Counted from the first letter of the stretch, positions 37,250-51,000 are shown. The stretch: DNA of 64,000 nucleotides from Octopus bimaculoides (GCF_001194135.2 NC_068981.1:78853547-78917546); one strand, 5' to 3'. The notes: generated from the letters alone by a model not told the origin. Translations and numbers: made by a program.

Positions 37250-37959
37250 TAAGTCATGTTTCTTGTTGGTTCTATAATCTATAATCAACATATATATGCT
37301 AAGTATAAATAAAATGAGGATAAGCATTGATACAAAATAGAACTTGTACTGAGACTATATAAAATATTAACTCTAACATCCTGCATGACATAAATATGTA
37401 TGGTACTGTATCTGTCTATCAGTCTTGTATCACCTGAAACTGCATGAATTAAACAACCCGTGTTTAGATTTGTTTTAAAGGAAGTTATAATGTCTCCAAT
37501 CTAAATAAGAAAACTTTAATCCATTCTTCTATCATATACCTACAATTTGTAATGTTGTTATTAAAATCAATCCAAATGTTCCTAAATTTTTGCAACTTAT
37601 TTTAACGTTTAAGAGTTTTGCAGCTTATTTTATTGTTTTTTTTTTCTTCTATTGAAACCTTTGAAAAATGACTCTAATTATTCATTAAGCAACAGTTTAT
37701 TTAATTATATAATCATTGAATTTATGGCAGATAAGGCTTTAGAGATAATAAACAGTGAGATATATTTATTTCTTCAATGCAGACTTCAATGTCTAACTTA
37801 AATCCAATTTTCCCTCAAGTGACTCAGACCAAAATATTACTTGAAGAATTGGACACTGATCCTTTTGCAAGTGTTGTTGATCCAAAAATACCTTTAGGAC
37901 TTAATACGAAGCTTTTTAGTTTTTTGTTTTTTTTTGCAGAGGAAAGGGGCAACATTTTC

Positions 37960-39874
37960 CACTTAATTGTATCACATCCATAACCTGTTGAAATATTGCA
38001 GGTACGACCTTCAGACCAAAAGGCAATCTATTATATTTGTATAGTCCTCTGTGTATTCACTGTTAGAAGCCTCGAGCATTCCTCGTCTACTTTAATTTAT
38101 ACATATGCATCAGACTGAATATTTTGCCACCATTTAATTTTGCAAAAATATCTTCCAGAGTAGGCAGTGGATAGTGGCACATTTTTAGACAGTCATTCAA
38201 ACCAGTAGAAAAATCAGCACACACTCTGATTTTGTTTTGTTTTTTTAAATACACAGTTGGTGCTACCCACTTAGAATAATCTACTTTTTTAATAATTCCC
38301 AATTACTCTAGTCTGGCTAATTCTTCCTCTACCTGCTTTATTGCAGCAAATGGTACATTTCTATTAGGTTTGAATACAGGTATGATGTTTTCCTTTATTT
38401 GAAAACGGGCCTCAGTCCCAGAACAGAGACATTTTTATCTGACAGCACTTCAGGAAACAAGTTTTTTAATTTTTTCTTCAGTTCAGCTGCTGAGTTATTT
38501 TCACTGGTGGGACAGTCGTTTATTTTTTTTACAGAACAGACTTATGGGGACGTTTCATAAGTCAAACAACTCCAACTAGTCCGTACCAAACAGATTGGCT
38601 TTTTTTATCATGAAAACTTTTGCTCCACAAGTTTTCCCCTAAAATGTGATGTCACTCCACATTTCGCCTATAAAGTGTAGTTTTTCACCTGTCATGCCTC
38701 ATGCAATTTTTGATGTTTTTCTTAACCTAAGTTTCTCAATTCTTTTCCATGTGTTGGTACCAATAATCAAGATGTCGCTACCAGAATCTATGTTCGACCT
38801 TCCTAACTTTGCTCTATAATGTGAGCTCTTGTGTCCTACTTTTTGGCATCTGTAACATTTTTGCGTTTTGAAAGGACAATCCATCTTGAAATGTAGGGCT
38901 CCACATCCGTAGCATGGGTTTGGTCTTAACATTTTTTTTATTTATACCTTCATCAGCACACTTGTACTCGTGAGAACTCCTTCCCTTCAATTTTCTTTAT
39001 GTCCTTTGACACTCCTCTGCAACTGCCTACAGAGTTAAACTTTGGTCTACTTGTTCAAGTTTTGTGAGAATTCTTGCATGTAACTCCATATTTTTGTTTG
39101 CCATAAGCCCTTGTACAAAATCGAGGCACTTAAACATAGCAGGAGTTAGTTCCTTCAGTTTAAACCTTTCGCACATTTGGTATATGGTCCCAGCATATGT
39201 GACAAAGTTGTCATCCTCTTTTTTAACTAGATTCCAACACTCCCATCAAGTGTTAAAGAAAGAACTCTTATCACTGAATATTTTTGATAGTAGTCTGACT
39301 GTTTCCTGGAAACAAATTTCACTAGTTTTTTGAGGTAGTATGAAATTACAATGTTTTTCATGCTCAGCCGTTGTCCATCCATGACTTGCAATCTTCCCTG
39401 AAGATTTTTTTGTACCTTCTAAAGTATGCTGCAAATATTATACCCTCCTCTGGGTCATAACTGAATTTTGTTACAGAGTTCAATAAACCACCTGGTGAAA
39501 ACGAACTTATAGTGATTCCAGACTTCCTTATTAATTCCAGCAACTTCTGTTCGACTCTTAAGACTGTTGTTCGACTCTTGGGTACTGCTGTTCAACTCTT
39601 GGGCCCTGTAGTTCAACTCTTGGGTTCTGTTGTTCAACTCTTGAGTACTATTGTTCGACTCTTTCTGCTGTTACTGCTGCAATGCAACTGATTGTGTTGT
39701 AGCTGGTGCTCTTGTAGTTTTTGGTGCAACTCCTGTTCCTGCTGTTGCTGTTGCTTTTGCAACTAACTGTATTACAGAAGCTAATAGGCCTTCCATCATA
39801 ATTTTGCATCACAAAAATTTTTAACTCACAAAAATTTTTAACTGACCTGTGTGAGGTTCGAATCCTCGTCACCA
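37960..39874 (-). mobile_element. Ty3/Gypsy LTR retrotransposon internal fragment (PBS, gag with two zinc knuckles, protease, RT N-half); no LTR recognised, truncated before YxDD
   Basis: Minus-strand translations: FAAYFRRY (gag), CYGCGALHFKMDCPFKTQKCYRCQKVGHKSSH, DSGSDILII (protease), GIIKKVDYSKWVAPTVYLKK...IRVCADFSTGLN...YPLPTLEDIFAKLNGGKIFS, YKYNRLPFGLKVVPAIFQQVMD. Multiple stops and frameshifts. Confidence 0.92.
39862..39874 (-). promoter_or_regulatory. Primer-binding site of the Gypsy element, tRNA-Ser(GCU)-type
   Basis: Minus strand TGGTGACGAGGAT, immediately 5' of gag. It is complementary, with one G-U pair, to the 3' end ATCCTCGTCGCCA of metazoan tRNA-Ser(GCU), recalled from memory. 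Confidence 0.7.
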
Positions 39875-40797
39875 ATTAGCTAGCAGATGGGAACAGAAAC
39901 CTCTGCATGGCAAGTATGTGGCTTGTAGCAAACAAGCTGATGTCGACCAGAAACGCACGCATCAGTGGTTACGAAGTTCAGGGCTAAAAGCAGAGAGTGA
40001 AGGTTTCATAATGGCTGCTCAAGGCCAAAGCTTATTAACCCGGAACTACCAAGCCAATGTGATAAAAAATGGAGCTGACCCAAAATGCCGATTTTGTAAT
40101 GATGCGATTGAAACTATAGACCACCTAATCTCAGGGTGTAGAGTCTTAGCACCTGTAGAATATAAAGCAAGACATGACAGAGTTGGCCAGTATTTACACT
40201 GGACAATATGTCAGCATTATNNNNNNNNNNNNNNNNNNNNNNNNNNNNNNNNNNNNNNNNNNNNNNNNNNNNNNNNNNNNNNNNNNNNNNNNNNNNNNNN
40301 NNNNNNNNNNNNNNNNNNNNNNNNNNNNNNNNNNNNNNNNNNNNNNNNNNNNNNNNNNNNNNNNNNNNNNNNNNNNNNNNNNNNNNNNNNNNNNNNNNNN
40401 NNNNNNNNNNNNNNNNNNNNNNNNNNNNNNNNNNNNNNNNNNNNNNNNNNNNNNNNNNNNNNNNNNNNNNNNNNNNNNNNNNNNNNNNNNNNNNNNNNNN
40501 NNNNNNNNNNNNNNNNNNNNNNNNNNNNNNNNNNNNNNNNNNNNNNNNNNNNNNNNNNNNNNNNNNNNNNNNNNNNNNNNNNNNNNNNNNNNNNNNNNNN
40601 NNNNNNNNNNNNNNNNNNNNNNNNNNNNNNNNNNNNNNNNNNNNNNNNNNNNNNNNNNNNNNNNNNNNNNNNNNNNNGTGTAAACTGGGAATGCATACAA
40701 CGAGTTTCTCTGCCCTAGGTGTACGGAAAACACTCGGCGAGAAATGGAAGAAAATTTGAAGAAAGAAGAAAAAAAACAACATAATAATAATAATAAT
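39875..40797 (+). mobile_element. 5'-truncated R4/Dong-clade non-LTR retrotransposon 3' end (CCHC region; RLE domain probably hidden in the gap), ending in (TAA)n
   Basis: RWEQKPLHGKY...QWLRSSGLKAESEGFIMAAQGQSLLTRNY...CRFCNDAIETIDHLISGCRVLAPVEYKARHDRVGQYLHW is typical of this clade. Assigning the sequence after the gap (40678-40797) to its 3' UTR is inferred. Confidence 0.75.
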
Positions 40798-41012
40798 CCT
40801 TTCTACTACAGGCACAAGGCTTGAAATTTGGTGGGAGGGAACTAGTCAATTACATCAACCCCAGTGTTTCGCTGGTACTTAATTTATTGACCCAAAAGGA
40901 TGAAAGGCAAAGTCAACCATGACAGAATTTTGAATCAGAATGTAGCTAGTGACAAGCAAAATATCACTAAGCATTTCATCCAGCACGCTAACGATTCTGC
41001 CAGCTTGCAGCC

Positions 41013-41060
<48 letters not shown>

Positions 41061-41278
41061 GTAATCTTTTCTACTATAGGCACAAGGCCTGAAATTTGGG
41101 AGAGGTGAATGATCAATTACATCAACCCCAGTACTCAACTGGTGCTTAATCTATTGACCCCGAAAGGATGAAAAGTAAAGTCGACCTCAGCATAATTTGA
41201 ACTCAGAACATAGCAGCAGACGAAATACCACTAAGAATTTTGCCTGGCATGCTAACAATTCTGCCAGCTCGCTGCCTT
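40797..41278 (-). mobile_element. Two tandem copies (40797-41014, 41061-41278) of a tRNA-derived SINE with (ATT)n tail; many older copies (near 17700-17915, 24340-24740, 48660-48810, 61980-62080, 62570-62720)
   Basis: Minus strand head aaggc(a)gcgagctggcagaat(t)gttagc...ttctgagttcaaatt, central gactttgcctttcatcctttcggggtcgataaattaagtaccag-like block, tail gtagaaaggattattatta. Confidence 0.85.
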
Positions 41279-41875
41279 CATAATAATGATAATAATAATA
41301 ATGATGATGACGATGACGATGATGATAATAATAATAATAATAGCTTATTTAGGCTATGGAAAGGAGAATATAGCTGATTTATTACACTCCACACTTAGAA
41401 AATAAATATCATCATAACCATTATTTTATTATTATTGTGTATCACTTGATGCTCTGATTTCAAATCCCACCAAAGTCGACTTTGCCTTTCATCCCCCTGC
41501 TGTTGATAAAATACACTAGCAGCCAAGTAATGAGGTTGTTCTAATCAATTGACCCCCTCTCACAATAGCTGATTTTATGCCTAGATTAGAAATCAGTGTT
41601 GTTGTTGTTGTTGTTCATGCCACTGCTGATGCTGCTGTAGTTGATGATGCTTGTTGTGAACAGGCATGTTTCACTAAGTGAGCTTCACTTAAAAGATATT
41701 TTTTTCAGGATTATTTAATGGAAAACAAGCTTTACTGTGCTTTGTTTTGTTTTATTCAGATTCTTTTTTTAATGGACAAAAGGCTTCAGAATATTGGAAA
41801 TGGTTCATCCTTTGACAATTTTTTTGGTGTACTAATATGTTTTGCAAACATACTGCATGATTTGCTTAATACTGG

Positions 41876-42328
41876 TTTAATATGGCCACTTTGGGAGTAA
41901 TGGGAGGAGGTGCCCCCATCAAAGTGAACCAAAACCAGATTTAAAAATAAAGAAACAAGCAAAAACACAATGACATGACAATCAAAGAAAACTGACAGTT
42001 ACACAATTACAATTTGACAAGCGCAAAAGGAAAAAGATGGTAAAATGCACACTAAAACAACATCTTTTTGCTAGCATTGCAAGCCAAAAAATACTATACA
42101 TCAGTCAACTCCAGGCAAAAGAAAAAAGTATACAGGTTTTCCATATAGTCCCAAAAGAGCTGCGGGGAACTCTGGCCAATATGAGGCAGGACGTGTGCCC
42201 CTTGATTTAATATGGCTACTTTGGGGGTAATGGGAGAAGGTGTCCCCAACTAAGTGAATATGCCCACCAAAACCAGATTTAAAAATAAAGAAACAAGCAA
42301 AAACACAAAGACATGACAATCAAAGAAA
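41876..42328 (+). repeat. About 115-bp imperfect direct repeat (41876-41990 and 42206-42328)
   Basis: Both copies read tttaatatgg...gtaatggga...ccaaaaccagatttaaaaataaagaaacaagcaaaaacacaa.gacatgacaatcaaagaaa. Confidence 0.85.
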
Positions 42329-45016
42329 GCAGGTGTCAGGACTTTTAAGGCCAAGAATTAAGTTAGGAGACATGGACTAGAAGCCTGCCCACAAGCTGGT
42401 GTAACAGTATGTTGATCACAGGAATATAATTATAATGACTAGTGGTATTATTATGGACACTGACCCTTGGCTTGTCATCACCATTGTACAACAGTATGGT
42501 CATGTGGTAAACATGGAGGAGACCTGCAACAACATTTAGTCAGGTGGAATTTGTATTGACACCTTCCCCTAAGTCCTTGTAACTATGATGAACGTAGGGC
42601 TTACCAAGTTGTAAAATGCATGGCAGTAAAAGCCACTCAAGGGCTTTCTACCCAGAAGAGGAAAAGCAACAACAATAACAGAGAAACTAAAGACAGCAGA
42701 AATAGTAAAAGTAATAGGTTCCTGAGGTGAAGATCAAGACAGCAACTACTGCAGTTACTACTTCTTCTAGAGCACCACTGATTGCAACTTCAGCATTAGG
42801 CAGAGATACAATAACTAGGGGAATTATATTATCTCTCTTTCAAAACCATTAATTCAAGACAAAGAAGGGTACCAAGAAGCAAAGAAGTTTCCTACTCCTC
42901 CAGCAGAAGACCATTCACTGGTTCATAACAACAATGGCTAGATTAAAGAAATCAGAAAAAGTCACCTCCGTTGACATAAAAGGTTTCTCAAATGCAGCCT
43001 ATATGAAGCAGCTGTTTCTCAATTCATGCAAAAGGCAGCCTTTAAGATGCATGCTTATATGAAACATGTGTAAAAAGTGTGTTGTTGGTTTGTTAAGAAG
43101 CAACCAAGGGAACGGAACTGAATGTGGAATACATGCAGAGAGTGAAAACAAGACAATGATGTTCTTCACAATTATACACCTAAACATTTGTAGGAGAAAA
43201 ATTAATTAACTGAATAAACCACAAGACATGCCTGGTTCTTAGTTTATCATCATTAAAGGCAAAGGTAATCTCAAGCAGGATTTGAACTCAGAGCACAAGA
43301 TATTTCATTATTATATCATAATTGTAATTATTGCATACATAAGAAAAACGAAAAAAGTACACACACAGATATGTGCATATGTATGCGCAAATGCAGCAAT
43401 ATTCTTTCATATATAATTAAGAAGTTGCTTTTCAGTCATGAGAGTTCCAATTCAATCTTGCTGCATGATATCTTGGTCAAGTGTCTTCTATCATAGTCTT
43501 AGGTTGACCAAATCCTAAGTAAAACCTGGCAAACAGAAATTGGGAGAAACCCACAGAATTTATATGTGTTACATATCAGCTTGAAATGTTAGGACCAGTG
43601 CATCATGAAAAGTACATTATGATATTGGAGTATGCTCCCGTTCCACCTTACATCATCATTATCAACTTTTCCATGCTGACATGGGCCAGACAGAATTTGT
43701 TAAAACAGATTTCCTATGACTGGATGTCCTTTCTATCATCAATATTCACCTATTTCCAAGCAAGGTAATATTTTCTCAGGGCCAGATGCATTTTCATGGA
43801 AGACTGGGAACATATAACAGCACTTGTATGACAGTAATGCTTGCTTACAATTATCAAGTAATATCTAGACCATGGTCCAAACACACACACACGTTTCGTT
43901 CAGTTTCCAGTCACCAGATCCACTCACAAAGGTTTGTTCAGCCCAGGGAATATGATAAAAGACATTTCCTAAATTGCCACATGGTGGGACTGAACCTGAG
44001 ACCATGTGGTTGGGAAGCAAGCCTCTTAACCACACAACCATGCTTACACCTAGATATGGTTGACAAAATAAATATTGGATCAATACAAGTGACTAAAATC
44101 TTTGGAGGTGATGCCCCAGCAATAACTGAAAACCAATAAAATAACAATACAAACCCACATATAAACAAACACACACACACAAGCATGATTTTAAGTATGT
44201 ATACACAAGTATAACAATATTCATGTCATACAAATCTTAACACCAGTCACATCTATTTGGAAACAAGCATAGACACACACACACACAAACACACACTGGA
44301 TGTTCTCAAGACGATCTTGGCGCTTAAGTGAAATCATTGTATATGGAAAATAGACAAATTAATACTCAATAACAACAACAAATCAATAAGTTAAAATAGC
44401 ATTCCTCTTCTACTGCCCATCTTAAATATGCACACCATATCACAGTATATCACAAACAAGACAAACACAGATAAGCAACAACAGATAACATTGAAGCTTC
44501 GATTATCCTCGATCTTTTTTTTTTTTTTTTTCGTTGAAATTCTTTTCTCTTTTTTGTGCATTCTTTTTTTTTAAATCATTGTTTTGTTTGATTTTCAATG
44601 AAATACATTCAGACTATTATAAGAATATAATGCCAAAGTTTGATACTAACTTGAAAAAACTGACTGCACAAACCATAAAGAGACATTGTGGAAACTGCAA
44701 AAAAGATATTTTGCTGAAAAAGCAAAATTTGTACATTAAAAAAGAAAACAAAAGCAGAAAAAATATAAACAACCAGTCCTTCCTTTAATAGTAACAAGGA
44801 TCTGGTAAACATCTAGTATCAACACCCCACCCCAGAAAATAGATTTGAAATATCTGACAAATATATGCACTACATAGTAGTAATAGTAGTGGTAGTAGTG
44901 TGAGAAACACAGATCGAGAGAAAGGAGAAGCAACAAGTAATGCAGAATAACAAACATATAACAAACAATAAGTCTACGTAACAATATAAAAATAAGTATA
45001 GCAATGTGTGTGGGTG

Positions 45017-45086
<70 letters not shown>

Positions 45087-48000
45087 GGTGCGTTTCTTTA
45101 TCTGTTTTATTGATTTAATATCTATTTTGACACACATGCATACAGACAGTATGATGCATGCTTCATTTTTCACTGCCAAAAAAAAAAAAAAATGAAAATT
45201 CAAAAAATGTTCCAAGACTTCAAATGGTCAGAACCCCTTATAACCCAACAGCAAAGATCTGATAAGCCTGTCTGGAACAAGGAAACATTTAACTCTTTAG
45301 CATTTAAACTGGCTATATCTGGCCCAAATCAGCCAGATCCCATCTCTCACACCTACCCTACAATGAGATTCTAAAAATATGTAATCATATCATCAAAATC
45401 TTGATAAGACATGATTAATTCAAAACAATGTGAATAAATAAGCATTACATTTGACAGAGTAATCTGAATGGGTTAAATACATCCTTCACAATATTCCAAC
45501 ATCTTCCAGTGTACTTTGACATTTAGAAAATCCTGTTTATGTGGCCCAATACCAAAAGTTCTAAATTCCAGTTAATGGTCCATACAAACTATCAATATTT
45601 CTGGTGTCATTCAGTGATTACTATTGAAGTATAATAAACTACACTGTATGAACTGTTGATTAGTATTTTGCTCATACTACCAACACTGCAAATGTTATCT
45701 AACTGCATGTAGCTAACAAGTATAAATACAACATAGAAAGGAGAAGGAAATATTGTCAATTTGCAGACTCATCCAATTCCTATGATGGAATGTGAATAGG
45801 CTGAGTTACAGTATGAAGATGGAGCTTTCAATGTTTGCCAAATGACCCAACAGTTTAGAATGCATTACTGTTACATCATCATAACTATTGAGGAACAGCA
45901 TGTTGAAGCACAATGGCAGTAGACTCATTAAAATACACTAGTTTAACACCTTTGGTATTAATCAGAGATAACTAAAGTCAATTTAGCGATTTAGCAATTA
46001 CCCATTAAAAGCAAACTGGTGAAACTGTTGGAAGAGTGTTGGAAAAAATGTTATGTAGTATTTATTCCTATTCTTTTATATTCTGAGTTCAAATCCTATT
46101 ATGGTCAACTATGCCTTTCACTTCTCCAGGTTCAATAAAACAAAGTACTAGTCCAGGGCTATGAGTAAGCCAAATTTTTTGTTCTGCCTCTTGAGACTTG
46201 AGTGCCACAGCATGAACAAGAAATTTAACTGCATCTGTCCCACAGGATGGTATATTGTAGAAAAAAAGATAAATTTTTAAAATATTAAAAAACTCAAGGA
46301 AGCAACAGAAAACCACTTTGTATTCTCCTACGAAAATTCTTTGCAAAGCACATAAGCTTGTTTAACAGGACTCAGTCACCAAGTCAATTATCTCAAGACA
46401 ACAAATACATAAGGTAAATGTAAATGCTTTCTCAAGCCTGAGAAGTTTTTAAGAGCTCAGCTACTTTCATGGTGGGAAGCAGATAAAAATATAAATCCCT
46501 TATATGACAGGGAAATAGTCTATTACAGAGAACATTCCCAAATTATTTGTATTCCAATTCTTAATAGCTAAGTGTAGTGAACTAAGACAATAAGGAATGA
46601 AGTGTTCAGTTCAGAAATACATCTGCATCAACATATCTCTAATCATAACATGGAAGCAACCAGTCCATTATCAATTATCTCACCTCCAGAATTAACATAT
46701 TGGTAAACAGTTTATGGCAGTGAAAACATATTGGAAGAGCTAGTGTAGTTTTTATGGCATTGAAAATATTTGGTGAAGTCCAACTGTTTCAGGAGTGAAA
46801 GCAAATTAAGTAACCAGAATAACTCCTACCACAGTAAAAATACTGAAGCTCTATAGTTACTGAACTAATTTAACCTGCTGCACAAAACAAGTAGTAGCAT
46901 AGTGAATATTGCTTAAAATGGCTGAAAGATTAGTGAATTATCTTCCCAAGCAAAGGGATTAACTCTCTATACAAAATGTATGTCAGATGCATCTACAGCA
47001 ATGAAAAAAAAAAAAGAAAAAGAAAAAAACAACAACAAAGTAGTGCTGAATTAAGTAGACTGAGGTCAGTATAATCAGTGAGATAAGTATTTTGAATCTA
47101 ATATATTATGTTGCTTAGAAATCAAAGATTTTTAACATTTAGAGAGAGAGAGAGGGGGGAGGGAAGGAGGAGGGAGCTGAGGGATATAAAGAGAAAAATT
47201 TTGGTAGTGTGAATGTGTTACAAGAATAAACCATGAAATTTATGACTTAATCCTTTTGAGCTACACTTGTCTCAGAGCTAGTATTGGTCTCTTGTTTCCC
47301 TGTTTCTGTTGAAATACACTACCTTTGTCGCAATTAATTTTGAAAATAATGAAGAATTGAGTAAAAAAAAATTTCTCATTAAGCTGATGTCTGAAATTTT
47401 GATCGAAAGTTTTAAAATTCGGATCACTTTAAAACAAGAAGTTTGCATCATAGAACCAAAGCGGTCACAGGTAGGTTGGTATCAAAAGGGTCAAAAAAGA
47501 AAATGGAAAAAAAAGAAAAGATACTACTACACTAAAGAAAACAAATAGTTCTGTGATATAAAATGAATAAGAGTGTTATATAAAATTCTGCAACAAATTT
47601 ACTATATCTTAGAATTGGATACCTATATATAGACACACACACAAAAACTCAGTATGTTTATTATATATAGAGTTAATTCATAAACCAGAATAAACCAAAC
47701 TATTTCTATGTTGTTTGCTCTTTTTTCATATTTTTTCTCACACTCAACCCAACTTGCACCATGAATAAGACATGGGTAAATAAAAAATCACATTGATGAT
47801 CATTTTACAAATAGTTCATCTTCATTTTCCAGGTCAACAATTCATAACACAAATTGAAAGAGGGCTTTTATAATCATTTATTTTAGCAATGGTTCCTTAG
47901 AATAGTTAATTTATTGACATTATGAAAACCACTAGAATAAAATAGTTGTTTGTTTCCATTGAGAAACATGAACCAATGAAATGATCACCATCATCACCAT

Positions 48001-51000
48001 CATTGTTTAACGTCTCTGTCTTCTATGCTGGAATGGGTTGGATAGTTTGACAAAATCTGACAAACCAGAGAAATGCATCAAGCTCTGATGTCTGGTGGGA
48101 ACAGCCTTGCTTCCAACACCAGTTTCTCCTTTAGACAATTGTTTCAAATATTGGTTCACCACCTGTTGTATCCCCCATCTTCTATCCCCACACTCACTTC
48201 ACACCCCCACAAACCTATTTGCACACAGTGTGTCTCTGATGAATTATCTCTCACTCCCTCACAACATATCTTCTTCCCTCCCTCTACCTGCATACACTCA
48301 CCACATTTCCTCCCCTCTATTTCCTACTTTCCTTTCACAATCTCATGAACTTACCTGCCCATTTATCCTATTTAACCCTCTGTATCTCTTCACTTACATA
48401 TATCCTCAAACTTGAGTGAACATCCCATCACATCATCTTCCCCCCTCTCCCTCCTCTCTCTCTCCAATTGATATTGTCATGTATCTCTTCTGCTGCAAGA
48501 CACCTATTTTTATCCCTCTATCATACCAACCTCTCATCACCTGGTACAAAGCCACTTCCCTCGATATTACTCCTCGGTGCAGTCTTTGCCAGCTACTGTC
48601 AAATCTTCCAACCCAGGTCAGTATGGAAGGAAGCCACTAAATGATGATGATTATGGTGTTGATGATAGACACAACACCTGAAATTTTGGGGTGAGAGGGT
48701 TAGACAATATCACCAATAGAATCAAGCATCAGTATTTGTTGGGTACTTTATTTTATCAAACCCCCAAAAAAGCTAAATGACAAGTTAACCTCAGCAGGAT
48801 ATGAATTTGAAAGGTAAATAACAAAAAAAATTCAGCTAGATGACATTTTCTTTAGTTAGACAACATTATAAAAAAGGGAGAGAGGGAAGGTGGAGAAAGA
48901 GGAGAGAGGAGAGAAAGAGAAACAGAATAAAAACAATTAAATCAAGTTCATTATATTACTGGTGTTTATTTTATGAACACCAGAAGCAAAATGCAATTGC
49001 CTCCACCTGGAATTGAACAATAAAAACATGAGATACAAAACTAAGAATGACAAATCAATATAATCCATCCTTACTTCCTGTAGGAGTGTCAGGAACTCAT
49101 CATCATATATTTTTTTATTCAACTTTTTCATTGCCCTTCCTGATGCCAACATTTATTTATTACCCTTTTACTTGTTTCAGTCATTTGACTGCAGCCATGC
49201 TGGAGCACCGCCTTTAGTCGAGCAAATCGACCCCAGGGCTTATTCTTTGGAAACCTAGTACTTATTCTATCGGTCTCTTTTTGCCGAACCACTAAGTTAC
49301 GGGGAAGTAAACACACCAGCATCGGTTGTCAAGCGATGTTGGGGGGGGNNNNNNNNNNNNNNNNNNNNNNNNNNNNNNNNNNNNNNNNNNNNNNNNNNNN
49401 NNNNNNNGGGGGGGGGGGACAAACACAGACACACAAACACACATATATATATATACATATACATATATACAACGGGCTTCTTTCAGTTTCCATCTACCAA
49501 ATCCACTCACAAGGCTTTGGTCGGCCCGAGACTATAGTAGAAGACACTTGCCCAAGGTGTCACGCAGTGGGACTGAACCTGGAACCATGTGGTTGGTAAG
49601 CAAGCTACTTACCACACAGCCACTCCTGCACCTAATTGTCAATTAAGGTACTTAATTTCAGTCATCGTCGCACATCAAACTGCCAAGTGCATGACAAGCA
49701 AATGTCAGTGCAACCCAGGTAATGTAATGTGAAAACACACACACACACACTTATCCTCTAATATAATAATGCAATAATTCTTCAAAATTTATGGTTCTCA
49801 AAACTGTGAAGTTTGAGTGTTGGAGTACAGACCATATGATCTGGAGTTCAAACTTAACTGCTATAGCTTTGATGTTGTGCTCCTCAAGAAGACATAATTC
49901 TATCTGATTCACTTTGTAGTTGACTAGTTCCATTACTACTTCCCAGCAGAATCTTTAATAGTACAAATGATACCCAATCAAAAACTATACAAAAATATCT
50001 AAATCTGTAAAATTCACCCACACTGGAATGGAAAAAAAAAATGGACCATTATTTCCAAAGATAATTCTAATGTGGCTGGAGTTCTTGGAGCAGCAAAACA
50101 TATTTTGTTACCTGTCAATTATAAAAGGGAAATAAAACCAACTAAATATTGACATTTTCCTATCTTTGGAACATGTAGTTTGTTTTTATGAACAAATTTA
50201 ATCTAAGAACAGATTAATTTCAGAAGTGTATCAGAATCTATTGAAGAGAATGATTGTCAAATTTTTAAATTTCTGCCACAAAATTCACTATATTGAAATA
50301 AAAAGCAATAAATAAAAGACATCAAAAGTACACATTAAGAAGAAATTTCTACAATACTCTGGAATTGGCTTCTATATTATTAACAAGAATTATTGATTAT
50401 AAAGTTTTAGACCAAAAAAATTTTTAAAAAAGAGAAAGAAATTGGAGATATTATACATTAAATGAGATAAGCCAATTTACATTACAGGTGATGGAAACAG
50501 AATTGAAAGGACTGGCCAGTACCAACATAACTCAAATGTCTTGTCATCAAGACTTGTTATAGTATCTTGTCATCAAAAACTCATTGCCTTATGTTAAGTA
50601 TACACAGCCCAACAAACAAAAATAAAGGAAGAGAGAGGAGGGAAAAAGAAAGAGAGAAGTACATGTGCAGTTTGCAGAAAGAAAAACCAAGTCAATGATA
50701 AAGTGCTATTGAAAAATTCTTCAGAATATTTTTAAATCAAATATCGTCTACTTCAATGAGTCAGAATTTTACGTGAATAGAACGAGAAATAAATGCTTGA
50801 ACACATTGTAAACTATAGATAGAATTTTCAATTGAAAAATTAATATTAGATCTCAACAGCTCTATAGTTTGGCTTTATTTCCTATCCAAATTCAATAAGT
50901 AATTATTACAGACCACAAAGATTGTTAGCAATTTTTTTTTTTTTTTTTTAGACTAAATATTTTTAAATGATTAAGAAAGATAGCATTACACTACTGAGTA

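Noticed and set aside
39850-39874. GGTTCGAATCCTCGTCACCA resembling a tRNA 3' end on the plus strand
   Set aside because: No 5' tRNA half; explained as the reverse complement of the Gypsy PBS.
48937-49152. ORF with KIYDDEFLTLLQE followed by a GTAAGG donor
   Set aside because: Its 5' part derives from an RTE-tail motif and a SINE end, and the acceptor is poor; not supportable as an exon.
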